Origin: Ramazzottius varieornatus
Taxonomy: Eukaryota; Animalia; Tardigrada
Assembly (NCBI GenBank): GCA_001949185.1
Contig: BDGG01000005.1
Span: forward strand, 558,001-622,000
DNA length: 64,000 nucleotides
Reading direction: 5' to 3'
The stretch's first letter is position 1; each line of letters starts with the position of its first letter. This document shows positions 63,502-64,000 of the stretch, piece after piece. The translations under genes and the position numbers were made by a program. The notes below the pieces were generated by a model, which saw nothing but the letters and a program-made list of their open reading frames with translations, made no database searches and was not told where the DNA came from.

Positions 63502-64000
63502 ATGGTGTTCGCCGTTATCCGTGCTGTTGCCCAGCGTGCTCCCTGCAATGCGCTCACCATCGGAGCCCGAACCCTCTTCGGAGTTAAAAGTAAGTATGGG
63601 CTATCACCTTTTCGTTCTCGGTGATGCAGAGCGTCCATGTGCTCTCCGAACGTTATGATGGCTTCCGGATGCGAATTCGTGCGATCAAAGACGCATGGTC
63701 TCAAACACGAATAAGGATCTATGTGACTGACTTCGGTGACAGTCTTGGTTGTGTATTTCAGTGCCCAAATACGGACCCGATCCTCTCGACCTTGCAACTG
63801 GATTGGAAAAGAAGGAAATGATGGCTCGCGCAGCAGGAAACGACGTAAGTCAGGACGATTCACCTGCTGTACTTGCTGTTTAGGAACGCTAGGCTAGTTA
63901 TACAGCTGATCATAGCGTACCTGCTCACTCAAGTTTGTTGCTTCTTTTACCATGTGTCTAAATATCCTTCGTCCTTGCAGGATCCGTTCGAAATAGCAGC
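63502..64000 (+). CDS. 5' end of a probable mitochondrially targeted protein (exons 63502-63589 and 63981 to the window end); identity unknown
   Basis: MVFAVIRAVAQRAPCNALTIGARTLFGVK|RSVRNSS is Arg/Ala/Ser-rich and has no acidic residues, as in a presequence. The gtaagt donor and ccttgcag acceptor are in matching phase. Confidence 0.55.

Overview
Intron-rich, compact invertebrate genomic DNA. Most introns are about 50-80 nt and the sequence is roughly GC-balanced. A tardigrade-like or other ecdysozoan source is my guess and is unverified. Gene models were assembled by hand from the ORF track plus GT-AG/GC-AG junction phases. From left to right: the 5' part of BNIP3 (-, runs off the left edge), head-to-head with Hem/NCKAP1 (+); a PDF-receptor-type class B GPCR (-); an Erg/KCNH2-type K+ channel with an intact PAS domain (-); a white-type ABCG half-transporter (+); an apparently uncharacterised 311-aa BH3-only-like gene (+); a decayed tandem duplication; a shortened Nup358/RanBP2-like gene (+); an F-box gene with a GC-AG intron (+); and the first exons of a probable mitochondrial protein (+, runs off the right edge). 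The most notable items are (1) the Bim/Bad-like BH3-only candidate, which has a canonical BH3 motif, a DSGxxS degron and several RxRxxS sites; (2) a ~110-125 bp fully palindromic element present in 12 copies, all inside introns; (3) an 18-nt frame-preserving microexon candidate in Hem; and (4) an RCGTG cluster in the BNIP3/Hem bidirectional promoter. I saw no rRNA, tRNA or CRISPR features.
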